Shown in pieces: positions 1-9,528 of a stretch of 61,193 bases of DNA (the stretch's first letter is position 1; every line of letters starts with the position of its first letter). Made by a program: the position numbers and the translations under genes. The DNA comes from an uncultured Methanosarcinales archaeon (GTDB lineage Archaea > Nanobdellota > Nanobdellia > Woesearchaeales > CAIVOO01), in the NCBI GenBank assembly GCA_964485195.1, contig CAZAIK010000003.1, positions 64,800 through 125,992 on the forward strand, written 5' to 3'. The notes under the pieces were generated by a model. The model was not told the DNA's origin. It saw only the letters and a program-made list of their open reading frames with translations, and did not search any database.

Positions 1-2
1 TA

Positions 3-905
3 ATTAAAAAGGTACTTGGCAGCCTGGCAGAGGATTTTAAGCGGGAGTCCAGGGCAAAACAAAGGGAGAAGCTGGTTGCAAGTCTTGAACAAAGCATTGA
101 AAATGTCACTGAACGCGCAATGAAACAATTCAAGGGAATCCGGAGCATTGCCTTTGATGCAGGAGAAAAAGCAGGCACAATAGCAAGGTTTAATCCTGAT
201 GAAAAAAGGGTTTATGTGAATCCTGAGGCGATAAAAATATTTTCTCAAAACCATATTGATTCTGCCTTGGCTAATGCGGTCATACACGCGATAACAAACC
301 AGCAGGTACTTGACACTTTTTCCAACAGTCCTACAGCCAAAAAAGTCATTGCCAAAAGGGATGAACAGAAAGCAAAGAATTTGGAAAAAGTAAGCGGAGA
401 TTACAAAACGCTTACAGCAATCCTGGAAGAGACATCTGCCAGGCCGGAAACCACACTCAATCCGTACAGGCTATATTCTTCCAAGGATTTGAATGAAAAA
501 ACCGGCGTCTCTTACATTGCCATAAGGAGGTTAAGGGAAAGCGGAGTGCTTGAAGAAGCAGTGGTTGATGGGGAGAGGCGCAAGGACCATTATTTCGCCA
601 AGGACTTCAAGGCAGCAGTGAAAACAGTGCAGGGATATGTTCCGTTACACACAGTATTAAGCGATATGTCTGCCAGCGGGGACCTTGAATCAAATACTCA
701 GACAGAGAACACAATTACAGGCCAGCTTGAGCATTTGCGCAGCACCAAAGAAATTCCGTCTTACCTGCTCAGAGTGGGAAAAAACCAGAATACCTGCTAT
801 TTTGTTCAGGAAAACTCAGTAGATGAGTTTAAGGAATTTCTGAAAACAGAGGACCTCAAGATAAAGCCAGGGCCAAAGCCTGGGGCTAAAAAAACAGTTA
901 AATAA
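3..905 (+). CDS. 5'-truncated hypothetical protein with MerR/excisionase-like HTH and degenerate zincin-like segment
   Basis: Frame is open from position 3 to the ATG at 120, so the gene runs off the window. LYSSKDLNEKTGVSYIAIRRLRESGVL is HTH-like; RVYVNP..LANAVIHAIT resembles a degenerate HExxH helix. Confidence 0.5.
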   Translation: MKKVLGSLAEDFKRESRAKQREKLVASLEQSIENVTERAMKQFKGIRSIAFDAGEKAGTIARFNPDEKRVYVNPEAIKIFSQNHIDSALANAVIHAITNQQVLDTFSNSPTAKKVIAKRDEQKAKNLEKVSGDYKTLTAILEETSARPETTLNPYRLYSSKDLNEKTGVSYIAIRRLRESGVLEEAVVDGERRKDHYFAKDFKAAVKTVQGYVPLHTVLSDMSASGDLESNTQTENTITGQLEHLRSTKEIPSYLLRVGKNQNTCYFVQENSVDEFKEFLKTEDLKIKPGPKPGAKKTVK

Positions 906-1800
906 CCATCTGCAAAATCAAAACTATTGCATAACCCGCAAAACACCCTATTGTGATGAAGGGCATAGCAGGATAAAACTTATCCTTTTTCGCCTTTGCA
1001 AAAAGCAGGAAAAGGGCGGCAGTTGCACAAACTGTTATTATAAGGGACATCAGAAAGCCTGTTAAAAAGCCGTATCTTGCCACCAGTTCTGTCAATACAG
1101 TTCCTGTGAAAATCAGGGGAAATCCTATGTCCCCTCCTCCCAAAACAGCGGTCCTCACCCTTTTCTTAACAGCTTTCTGGCCCTTCCTGGGCTTTTTAAC
1201 TTTCTTGTACGGTATGAACAGCCCGGCGAATATCTGGCTCTTTGCCTGGAATTTCGCCATCTTTATCATATGCTTGCTTTTCCAGACAGCGTACATGTCA
1301 TAGGCTGATATGAGCAGCAGCAATATTATTCCTGCCCATATGTTCATTACGGGAACAAAGATTACTGCAAGCCCGCCGTAAATGAACAGCTCTGTGAAAT
1401 TATGGATTATTATTCCTGGCCTATAGACTTTCCACAATGCAAGGCCTGCAGCAAGTATGAGGGCTGCGTATCCATTGTCCAGAAAGGCGTCAAAAGCGAA
1501 TGTCAATGTTACCAAAACGCTGAGGAAGAACCATGTTTTCCATATATTTTGTTGCTTGAATCGGATTAGCAAAAGAACAAGCAGGGTTCCCACTATTATC
1601 GCGGCAATAATCCAAATAGCAGAATAAGCGGGCTCTATTTCCGGCCTGGTAATGTTGCCTGCCAGCGCGGTGTAAGTTACATTTCCGGTCTCCTGAAATT
1701 CAAGAATGTCTATGGACTGCCTCACAGCTTCCAGTCCTACAAGCTGGGCTGCGAAGAACAAAACTACAAGGAAAAGCGTGATTTTAAGATTATGTTTCAT
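898..1800 (-). CDS. Presenilin-family intramembrane aspartyl protease (PSH)
   Basis: Multi-TM protein with YD (AYDMYAVWKSKHM), GxGD (LGGGDIGFP) and PAL-like (YPAMPF) motifs. Confidence 0.93.
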   Translation of the reverse strand: MKHNLKITLFLVVLFFAAQLVGLEAVRQSIDILEFQETGNVTYTALAGNITRPEIEPAYSAIWIIAAIIVGTLLVLLLIRFKQQNIWKTWFFLSVLVTLTFAFDAFLDNGYAALILAAGLALWKVYRPGIIIHNFTELFIYGGLAVIFVPVMNIWAGIILLLLISAYDMYAVWKSKHMIKMAKFQAKSQIFAGLFIPYKKVKKPRKGQKAVKKRVRTAVLGGGDIGFPLIFTGTVLTELVARYGFLTGFLMSLIITVCATAALFLLFAKAKKDKFYPAMPFITIGCFAGYAIVLILQMVI

Positions 1801-1840
1801 ACAATAGCTTTTTATCAGCTTATTTTTAATGCTTTTGGAT

Positions 1841-2128
1841 TTACATCAACCTCTTTTCTAAGTGCTCTTCCCTTTCTGTCCGGGACGGCCATCGTATCCC
1901 TGGCTCTTTTTCAGCAGGCACGTTTTCTTTAATACTCTTGTAATGCTCGTCAGGGTTGATATTTTTGTCAAGCAAAAGCCTTTTTTCACAGACAATATAC
2001 TCATTGTTTATTTTCTGGCCGGAATACCTGCAGGTCCTGTCAAAAACAGGGCATACAGGAACAGAAACTCCATCTTCCTCAAACAGCTTGTAACGCACCT
2101 GATAAAAATTGCACAGGGGGTCTGACAT
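1841..2128 (-). CDS. Small Cys-containing hypothetical protein (possible Zn binding)
   Basis: 95 aa, four Cys in the N-terminal half, co-oriented with the presenilin gene. Confidence 0.55.
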   Translation of the reverse strand: MSDPLCNFYQVRYKLFEEDGVSVPVCPVFDRTCRYSGQKINNEYIVCEKRLLLDKNINPDEHYKSIKENVPAEKEPGIRWPSRTEREEHLEKRLM

Positions 2129-2203
2129 TGGAAAGTATTATTGGGTTTATCCTTTTTTAAAACTTTTCATTAATTATATAAAAAAGGGAGGATAAGGAAG
2201 CAC

Positions 2204-2653
2204 ATGAAACTGCTGAACAATATCAAAATTTCTGTGTTTGTGAAGGAAGGGGAAGATGAGGAGAAAATTGCAGAAAAGTTAAGGTCTTTTATCCCCCTTG
2301 ACCTGGAAGAGGAAAAGGTATCTTTGGAAAGGAAGAGAGCAACAGGGTTTAATGACAAAAAAATAGTTGTACTGGAAATAATCCTGCAAAAGGAAAAGCA
2401 CGCCAATGCTTTTCTCAAGCATCTAGAGAAAATACTGGGCAGTGAGCAGAAAGAACTGCTGATGAAACAGGCAGAATCAAGGCTGGATGAGGATTTCAAT
2501 TTTTTCATAAGATTTGACAAGCAAAAACTGCTGGGGAATAATGAATACCATATTACTGACTCAGGAAAGTGCTTTCACATAAAAATGAACATAGCCTGCT
2601 TTCCAAGAAAAAGGGAGAAAGCCATGGGGATTATACAGAATATTTTTAAATAA
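2204..2653 (+). CDS. Archaeal RNA-binding protein (DUF54-like)
   Basis: EDEEKI..ATGF..FFIRFDKQKL..ITDSGKCFHIKMNIACFP pattern. Confidence 0.75.
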   Translation: MKLLNNIKISVFVKEGEDEEKIAEKLRSFIPLDLEEEKVSLERKRATGFNDKKIVVLEIILQKEKHANAFLKHLEKILGSEQKELLMKQAESRLDEDFNFFIRFDKQKLLGNNEYHITDSGKCFHIKMNIACFPRKREKAMGIIQNIFK

Positions 2654-2672
2654 ACCCCTTTTCTAAACCATT

Positions 2673-3761
2673 ATGAAAATAATAGACCCCTGGGGCTCTG
2701 AGCTGGCAGAGGATTATGAGAAGATAATCCAGAAGTTCGGTCTGGAAACATTCAACCCCAAGCTTTTTCCCGATCCCAACAGGATTATGCGACGGGGGAT
2801 TGTTTTTGCAGGCAGGGACCTTAAAAGAATTAGCGATGCCATAAAGAAAAAGCAGAAATTCTATGTATTGAGCGGGATAATGCCCACTGCTGAAAGAATA
2901 CATTTCGGCACCAAGATGGTAGTTGAAAACATAAGGTATTTTCAGGAACAGGGAGCCAAGGCATACATTCTGGTTGCGGACCTGGAGGCAGCCGCCACAA
3001 GAGGAGTTTCCCTTGAAGAAGCCAAAAAAAGGGCTTTTGAATTCCAGATTCCGGCGTATATTGCCCTCGGCCTGGACCCCAAAAAGACCCTTTTTTATTT
3101 CCAGTCAGAGAACAAGAAGGCAATGCACCTGGCCTTTGAGTTTGCAAAAAAGATTACTCTGAACGAATTCAAGGCAATTTACGGACTGGCTGATCCTGGA
3201 AGGATTATGAGCGCGGCGCTTCAGTCAGGAGACATGCTTTTCCCCCAGCTGGAGGAGAAAATGCCAGGAATAATCCCTGTGGGAATAGACCAGGACCCTC
3301 ACATCAGGCTGTGCAGGGACATCATTTCCAGGACAAAATCAAAACATAATTTCACTCCTATCTCCTCGATATACCATAAATTCACCCCTTCTCTTGACGG
3401 CGACATGAAAATGTCAAAATCAAAGCCGGAGTCGATGATAGAGCTGCCTGAGGATGTCAAAAGCGCTGTCAGGAAAATCAGGAAGGCAAAGACAGGCGGA
3501 AGGGAAACCGCAGAGCTCCAGAAAAAAATAGGTGGAATTCCTGAACAGTGCATGATTTTTGAGATGTACAAGCAGCATCTTATTGAAAGCGATAAGGAAC
3601 TGGACGGGGTTTACAAGGCCTGCAAGGCAGGCACTTTGCTTTGCGGGGAGGACAAAAAGCACGCTGCAGCCCATATGGAAAGCTTTATGACCAATTTCTT
3701 AAAACAGCTTGAGAATGCAAAGAAAAAGGTTGACAAGCTAAAATTTATCAATTTCAAATAA
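2673..3761 (+). CDS. trpS: Tryptophanyl-tRNA synthetase
   Basis: IDPWG N-terminus, SGIMPT..HFGT (HIGH variant), PVGIDQDPHIRL, KMSKS, AKTGGR, LLCGEDK. Confidence 0.95.
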   Translation: MKIIDPWGSELAEDYEKIIQKFGLETFNPKLFPDPNRIMRRGIVFAGRDLKRISDAIKKKQKFYVLSGIMPTAERIHFGTKMVVENIRYFQEQGAKAYILVADLEAAATRGVSLEEAKKRAFEFQIPAYIALGLDPKKTLFYFQSENKKAMHLAFEFAKKITLNEFKAIYGLADPGRIMSAALQSGDMLFPQLEEKMPGIIPVGIDQDPHIRLCRDIISRTKSKHNFTPISSIYHKFTPSLDGDMKMSKSKPESMIELPEDVKSAVRKIRKAKTGGRETAELQKKIGGIPEQCMIFEMYKQHLIESDKELDGVYKACKAGTLLCGEDKKHAAAHMESFMTNFLKQLENAKKKVDKLKFINFK

Positions 3762-3818
3762 TCTTAAACCATAACCTTTAAAAAATCAGATAATATATAC
3801 GCTTTAAAGAGGCAAAAA

Positions 3819-4025
3819 ATGAAGAAAATAGCTCCATTGCCCGGAAGCTTTATGCTGGCATCCATGCTTGGATTTGCAATATCTGTTGTCTGGGTTTATC
3901 CCCAGTCCAAAAGTTTTGGCATATCCTTTATGATAGTGTTTGCTGCAATGTTCGTAGCTTCACTGATTTCCCTGACTTATGCCCCTACTGAGGACCTGTT
4001 GAGGATGGAAGGCATAAAAAAATAA
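3819..4025 (+). CDS. Small two-TM membrane protein
   Basis: 68 aa, two hydrophobic helices, upstream TATA and GAGG. Confidence 0.7.
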   Translation: MKKIAPLPGSFMLASMLGFAISVVWVYPQSKSFGISFMIVFAAMFVASLISLTYAPTEDLLRMEGIKK

Positions 4026-4096
4026 GGTTTCTGAAACAGCAAAGCAGTTATTGTATATGCTAAAAATATAAAAAGGTCCTTGTCTTGTTAACAAGA

Positions 4097-4390
4097 ATGC
4101 CTTTTGCAAAATCCTTCCCCAAGAAGACAGAAAAGTCAGTTTATCCTAAGTGGGAAGAAGTCGAATTAACCGAGACAGAGGAAAAACAGGCAGACGGGAA
4201 GGCGCGGAATGAAAACATTGAGATTATGAAGGAGTCTGTTGACGACGCAAAAAGGATTTTCGGTGAAAAGGACTTGAAAAGATACCAGTCGGATATTGTG
4301 AGGCTGGCAATTTCTTTGTTTGAAAAAAGAGCTTCGCACTCAGTGTATCACAAGGAGAGGAAAGCAAAGGAAAAATTCAATCAGAAGTGA
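4097..4390 (+). CDS. Conserved hypothetical protein
   Basis: ATG at 4097 (MPFAKSFPK...), typical codon usage. Confidence 0.7.
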   Translation: MPFAKSFPKKTEKSVYPKWEEVELTETEEKQADGKARNENIEIMKESVDDAKRIFGEKDLKRYQSDIVRLAISLFEKRASHSVYHKERKAKEKFNQK

Positions 4391-4931
4391 AAATGCCATA
4401 GTCCGCAACCTTCTCTATGTCTCCTTTCAGCCAAAGGAACCTGTCGTCCCTTGCTGCGTCCCTGAATCCCAGATCTTCCTTGTACATACCTGAAAATTCC
4501 TTTTCTATCCTCCTGGGAATCTGCAGGTAAAGAGAGTCCATGGGAAAAGGATTGGCTCTTTTTGCGTTTGCTGTCAAGATCTGGTTTGCTGTCTCTATTA
4601 TCAAGGCCTTTTCCAGCTTGTTGGCATCTTCCATATCTCTTTTCACAAAAACTTCTTCTATAAGCGGGTATTTCGGTGAGGCAGGTTTTGGTGTGAAAAG
4701 TACATATCCTTCAGGAAATACCCCCTGCCTTAGTTTTTTCATTAGCAATAGTGCTTTTTTCTCGTCTTCTTTCAGTTCCCTGAGCCTGTTGTCCTGGAAG
4801 CCTTTCCTGAAGCCTCCCTTGAGCTTAACGTTATGGGGCAGGAATCTGTTATGGTAATCTTCAGAGACTATGAAATAAGAAGCCAAATCTCCTCTGGTCC
4901 CCCTTAAAGGCAATATTTTTAGTGTTTCCAT
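4377..4931 (-). CDS. Hypothetical protein, possibly divergent GNAT-like fold
   Basis: IEEVFVKRD...KALI...LYLQI...MYKEDLGF resembles GNAT strands but lacks a clear RxxGxG. Confidence 0.45.
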   Translation of the reverse strand: METLKILPLRGTRGDLASYFIVSEDYHNRFLPHNVKLKGGFRKGFQDNRLRELKEDEKKALLLMKKLRQGVFPEGYVLFTPKPASPKYPLIEEVFVKRDMEDANKLEKALIIETANQILTANAKRANPFPMDSLYLQIPRRIEKEFSGMYKEDLGFRDAARDDRFLWLKGDIEKVADYGIFTSD

Positions 4932-4989
4932 ATATTTAAGGAAAAGAAATCATTTATAAAGGTTTCTAATTTTAATTACTTCAACATAG

Positions 4990-6315
4990 TTAAAATACCT
5001 TTTTTTCTTCCCTTATTGCCACAGGAGCTGAACCCCCGTGCCAGGTAAGCCTTGGCCTTATCCTCATGGGATACATCCTCTCATTAGTATCATCAAATAT
5101 TATGGCAGAGCCCTTCAAGTCAGGCAAATTGTCCAACTGCTGGGTCAGGCCCTCTCTCATATAAGTCTGCATAAGCATCCCCAATGCATCCACATCAAGC
5201 TTTGCTGTAATCCTGTGAGCAATTACAGTGTCTGCCTGGGTCATCACGTCTGTGTGGATTTTTCCGGGCTGCTGGGAAGCAAGAATCAGGGAAATTCCGG
5301 GCTGCCTTCCCTCTCTCAATATTGTAATAAGGGGGTCAGAAGCAACGGTCTTGCCCTTGTTGGGCAGGAATTCATGGGCCTCATCAATAACCAGCCATAC
5401 CAGGGGCATTTCCTGCTTTTCCTTCTTCTCCTCTGTGATGTAATGAGTGGAGGCCTTTACTTCCTCATATTCCTCAAACTTCCTTGCAAGCATTCTTTCT
5501 GTAAATAATTTTTTTGCTATAAGCCCCACTGCCAGGGATTTTATTTCCCATCCTCCAGGGAGGGTTGCGTAGCAGCTGACGTCAAGAACACTGACCTGGC
5601 CTCCCTTTGCCAGTTCCTTCATCTTTGTTCCCTTCTCGTCAAAAAGCCCCCAGGTCTGGGCGTTAAGAAAATGATTTGCGGCGATGTTCTTTGTCCTCTC
5701 GTCAAATTTGGCCTCACCTTCAATAGCATCCAGAATGTCCTGCATTGAATAATCCTTCTTTTGCTCTTTAAGCTTGAAAATTATCCTTTCAATAAGAACA
5801 CCTGGCTCATCATTCCTGGTAAGCCCGAAAGTGTTCAGCCAGTCTTCAGAATCAAGCTCAGAAGGCTTTATTGAAAAAGGGTAGTCAGTTGGAACTCCCT
5901 TCTCCTTGTAGTCCTTGTAGTAGCCTACAGGTGTGAAAATATTAACATCTAATCCTTTTGGCTTAAGCCCCCAGTTGTCCAGCAAGTCCGCGTCCTGAAC
6001 ATTGGGATACTTCATAGTCCAGTAAATCCCCATAGTGTCCAGCAGAATGACAGCGATGTTCTGGGCCACTTCCTCAGGCAGGTCTGAAACCCCTTCTGCA
6101 ATCACCCCCATAGTGTAAGACTTCCCAGAGCCTCTCTTTCCCACGACAAAAATTACGTGAGAACGGGCCACGTCCATATAGATGTTGTTTGACAGGGAAG
6201 TGACCTGCCCCATCTTCACATAATGCCTTCCCAGAAAGACTATTCCTTTCTCACCATACTTTTTTTTCTCTTCCTCATCCCTGCCGATAATTATATCATA
6301 AGGCATATTACCCAT
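4990..6315 (-). CDS. HerA/FtsK-superfamily ATPase (DUF87 type)
   Basis: Walker A GKRGSGKS, Walker B LVIDEAHEF, LREGRQPGISLILASQQP. Confidence 0.9.
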   Translation of the reverse strand: MGNMPYDIIIGRDEEEKKKYGEKGIVFLGRHYVKMGQVTSLSNNIYMDVARSHVIFVVGKRGSGKSYTMGVIAEGVSDLPEEVAQNIAVILLDTMGIYWTMKYPNVQDADLLDNWGLKPKGLDVNIFTPVGYYKDYKEKGVPTDYPFSIKPSELDSEDWLNTFGLTRNDEPGVLIERIIFKLKEQKKDYSMQDILDAIEGEAKFDERTKNIAANHFLNAQTWGLFDEKGTKMKELAKGGQVSVLDVSCYATLPGGWEIKSLAVGLIAKKLFTERMLARKFEEYEEVKASTHYITEEKKEKQEMPLVWLVIDEAHEFLPNKGKTVASDPLITILREGRQPGISLILASQQPGKIHTDVMTQADTVIAHRITAKLDVDALGMLMQTYMREGLTQQLDNLPDLKGSAIIFDDTNERMYPMRIRPRLTWHGGSAPVAIREEKKVF

Positions 6316-6358
6316 CTTATGGATAATTATTTAAATAATTTGCTTTTACACTTAGGCA

Positions 6359-7045
6359 ATGGCCGGGAAAAGGAAAGGCAGAAAACCAAAAAAAGCCAGA
6401 AAGCCCAAGGAAGAGAAAAATTTCCCCCTGACAAAAGAGCTTCTGATAGTTATAATAATTGTTGTAATTGCAATACTTCTTGCTTATATGTTCTATTTTG
6501 CAGCTTCCAAGACAAAACCAGCTTTGGCTGATGTAAACGGAGTTCCCATAACGCAGCAGGACCTTAATGAAATAGCACTTACAGTTCCTCCCAATATGCG
6601 GGAGAACATAAGCCAGGAAGAGCTGCTGGAGCAGGCCATAAACTTTGCAATTTTAAAGCAGGAAGCAAAGAAAATAGGTGTGGAAGTCACGGATGAGGAG
6701 GTGGAAGCGAGTATCGACGCTTCACTCCAAAGCGCAGGATTAACCAGAGAGCACCTGGAACAGTCGCTGGAGCAGCAGAGAATAGAAGTTAATGACATAT
6801 TCAACGCCTACAAAAAACAGCTTTTATCTTATAAGTTTATGAATGAAACAATACTCCAGGACATACCTGTCAGTGAAGAAGAGATAAAAGGATTTTACGA
6901 ACAGTATAAAGACACGTTACAGCAGGATTATGAAGCTGTAAAGCAGGACATTAACAGGACAATTGTCATAATAAAAAGCCAGCAAATGCTTGCTGAATGG
7001 TTTGAGCAGAAAAGGCAGGAGTATGACATCGTGAGGTATAAATGA
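6359..7045 (+). CDS. SurA N-terminal domain / PrsA-like membrane-anchored chaperone without PPIase domain
   Basis: Lys-rich N-tail, one TM, LADVNGVPITQQDL, LLEQAIN..ILKQEAKKIGVEVTDEEV, VSEEEIKGFY. Confidence 0.85.
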   Translation: MAGKRKGRKPKKARKPKEEKNFPLTKELLIVIIIVVIAILLAYMFYFAASKTKPALADVNGVPITQQDLNEIALTVPPNMRENISQEELLEQAINFAILKQEAKKIGVEVTDEEVEASIDASLQSAGLTREHLEQSLEQQRIEVNDIFNAYKKQLLSYKFMNETILQDIPVSEEEIKGFYEQYKDTLQQDYEAVKQDINRTIVIIKSQQMLAEWFEQKRQEYDIVRYK

Positions 7046-7308
7046 CAGTGAAGATAATTCCCCTGGAAAGCGGAAGATTCATGCTAAAATGGAAATCCAT
7101 GGAGAAAGAACAGCCTGGCTGCGTTAATTATGAAGTCAGGGTAGGAAAAGAGATAGTGGGGCTTGTGCCTGCCGGGGGGAAGGAGGAATATACCTGCATT
7201 GTAGGGGAAGTTCCCAGGAATGCAATAGTTAAAATCACTGCCCTGGGTCCCAGGAACAGGGAGACCAAGACAGCTGACGAGGGCGTTTACCAGGGAGTGG
7301 GCATTTAG
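7042..7308 (+). CDS. Small hypothetical protein, possible fibronectin type III-like fold
   Basis: LKW...VNYEVRV...Y...VKITALG pattern; ATGA overlap with upstream gene. Confidence 0.5.
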   Translation: MTVKIIPLESGRFMLKWKSMEKEQPGCVNYEVRVGKEIVGLVPAGGKEEYTCIVGEVPRNAIVKITALGPRNRETKTADEGVYQGVGI

Positions 7309-7343
7309 CATAATTTTATAAAAGCTCTTTCTTAACATCATCT

Positions 7344-8417
7344 ATGAAAAAAGACCTTTCCACTCTTGAAATCAGGCAGTTGGTGAATGAATTCCAGTCT
7401 TTGTTAAATGGCAGGATAGACAAAATTTATCAGCTGTCCAAAAAAGAGTTTCTTTTTAAAATCCGCATAACTGGCGGCAACAGGTTCTTGAAAATAAGGG
7501 ACAAGTTCATATTCCTTCACCCTGAAAAAGAGGAAACACCTGCAAAGCCCACGACATTCTGCATGGTCTTGAGAAAACACCTTGAAGGCAGGAAAGTCAG
7601 TAAAATACTCCAGAAGGGCTCTGAAAGAATAATAGTTATTGGGATAAACCCTTTCCTTTTGATTATGGAATTATACGGGCAGACAAATATGGTATTGTGC
7701 GATGAGAATTACAGCATAATCGCTGTCAACAGGCCAAGCAGGGAAATAAAAAAAGGGGAAAAATATGTTTTTCCAGAGAAAAGGGATATTTTCTGGATCA
7801 AAGAGAAGGGATTCATTGAAACGCTAAATTCCTCAAAACAGCCGCTGGTGAAAAAACTTGCAGCTCTCGTGGGCGGAATTTATTCCGAGGAGATATGCTT
7901 CAGGGCGGGAATTGCAAAGGATAGGGAAAGACTGTCTGAAAAAGAGGCAAAACAGGTGTTTAATACATTTAGTTCCCTGCTGAATGAAGAGCCTTCCCCA
8001 ATGACTGTTTATGATGAAAAGCCTGTTGACGCCACTGTTTATGATTTAAAAGTTTATGAGGGCAGAAACAAGGTAGCATTCTCTGCTTTTTACGAAGCTG
8101 TAGACAGTTATCTGACCCAGACAACAGAAAAAGCAGAGGAAAGCGAGCTGGCGAGAAAATACCAGGGGGGAATAGAGAAAATAGAGAAGATAATAGCAAC
8201 GCAAAAAAAGAATGTTGACAAGCTCAAAAAGGAAATGGAGCAAAACCAGAGAGCCGGGGAAATGATTTATGAAAGGTACCAGGAACTTGCGAAATTAATG
8301 AAAGAATTTGAAGAGGCGAGAAAGAAAATGTCCTGGGATGAGATAAAATCAAGAATAAAGAACAAGAAGATAAAGAGCGTAGAAGAAAAAAACCAGAAAA
8401 TAATTGTAGAGCTGTAA
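7344..8417 (+). CDS. NFACT/RqcH (Rqc2/FbpA) family protein, N-terminal half only
   Basis: GRIDKIYQ, FCMVLRKHLEG, ERII, MELYGQTNMVLCD, GGIYSEEICFRAG, coiled coil; ends at 357 aa without the NFACT-R domain. Confidence 0.88.
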   Translation: MKKDLSTLEIRQLVNEFQSLLNGRIDKIYQLSKKEFLFKIRITGGNRFLKIRDKFIFLHPEKEETPAKPTTFCMVLRKHLEGRKVSKILQKGSERIIVIGINPFLLIMELYGQTNMVLCDENYSIIAVNRPSREIKKGEKYVFPEKRDIFWIKEKGFIETLNSSKQPLVKKLAALVGGIYSEEICFRAGIAKDRERLSEKEAKQVFNTFSSLLNEEPSPMTVYDEKPVDATVYDLKVYEGRNKVAFSAFYEAVDSYLTQTTEKAEESELARKYQGGIEKIEKIIATQKKNVDKLKKEMEQNQRAGEMIYERYQELAKLMKEFEEARKKMSWDEIKSRIKNKKIKSVEEKNQKIIVEL

Positions 8418-8891
8418 AACAAATTCCTAGCAAGGTACAGAGGAGTATTGGGGAGGACTACACGAAACTTCTTGAAGTTAAAACAAAAAAAATCCATAAG
8501 AATAAACACCTTAAGATTGCTGAAGAGGCTTTGCTGGCAAGGCCAAAAGATACGGGGATAAAACTGCAGAAAATGCCTTTTCCTGGTTTTGGTTGTTTTT
8601 ATGAAGCTGATGGCTCAACCCTGCATACCTGCAGGGCTATTATTATCTTCAGGAAGCGGCTTCACAGCTGCCTGTTAAAATATTAAATCCCGGAAATGGA
8701 TTTGGTGCTGGACTGGGTATTAAAAAACCACAAAATCAAGCTTGAAAAAATTGAATTGGATGTCGGAACTCCCGCTCTTCCTGGATTTGAAGGCAAAAAA
8801 ATACATTCCTGATCTGAAAAAATGCATCAGAACCTGGCTCTATAAAACAGGCACCCAGCCATTTTTTATAGCTAAAATAAGCAAGAAGTAA
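8418..8891 (+). pseudogene. Decayed NOL1/NOP2/Sun (RsmB/RsmF-like) RNA m5C methyltransferase
   Basis: Across frameshifts reads KFLARY..KSIRINTL..PAYLQGYYYLQEAASQLPVKILNP..DLVLD/WVLKNH..KKCIRTW..TGTQPFFIAKISKK*; catalytic core missing. Confidence 0.85.
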
Positions 8892-8940
8892 CTATTGAAA
8901 AGTAGAAAGGTATATAAGGCAGGTATAGCTGCATTTGGGT

Positions 8941-9528
8941 ATGGGATTTGGCGAAAAGTGGAGGCACAGAAGATCAGACTTAAGAACTGCCTTGAAAGAA
9001 GCTGAAGAAGATGGCTCAAGGCTTGCTTCAATATCAGAGATAGTAAATAAGATACCTCCTGAAATTAGCGGAGCTCTTGGGCCAATATGCTCAGGAACGA
9101 TAATTGCTTTCCGGCTCCAAAAGAGAGGCCCAATGAGCCTTATAAGCAGGGAGTTTTATGATGAAAATACTCCGCGCACGAGACTGGTTTTTGAAATTCC
9201 CGGCAAAAACCATCAGCAGGGAACACTTTACATTATGCCGCCCGGAACCTATTCAGTAAAACAAACTAAATTATCCATACGCTTTACGCCCCTGAATGAT
9301 TTCAAGCCCAATTTTGAGTTTATCGACTACAAAAACAGGCGTTTTTATGTCCTCACCACGGACAAGGAAAATGAAGATGAGATTGCAGGCATTGACAAGC
9401 AGGATTTGGGCGTTCATTATGCCGGCCCTGTGCTTTTGGAAAATGCAGGCAAAAACTTCAATCTGAGACTTTTCAGCAAAACACTTTCCCCTACAGAAAA
9501 GTATAATTTCTTTATTGAGAAAAAATGA
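8941..9528 (+). CDS. Hypothetical protein, paralog of the downstream gene
   Basis: Shares EAEE.G..LAS, GTI.A, PG.Y and Y.GP.LL blocks with 9525..10559. Confidence 0.65.
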   Translation: MGFGEKWRHRRSDLRTALKEAEEDGSRLASISEIVNKIPPEISGALGPICSGTIIAFRLQKRGPMSLISREFYDENTPRTRLVFEIPGKNHQQGTLYIMPPGTYSVKQTKLSIRFTPLNDFKPNFEFIDYKNRRFYVLTTDKENEDEIAGIDKQDLGVHYAGPVLLENAGKNFNLRLFSKTLSPTEKYNFFIEKK

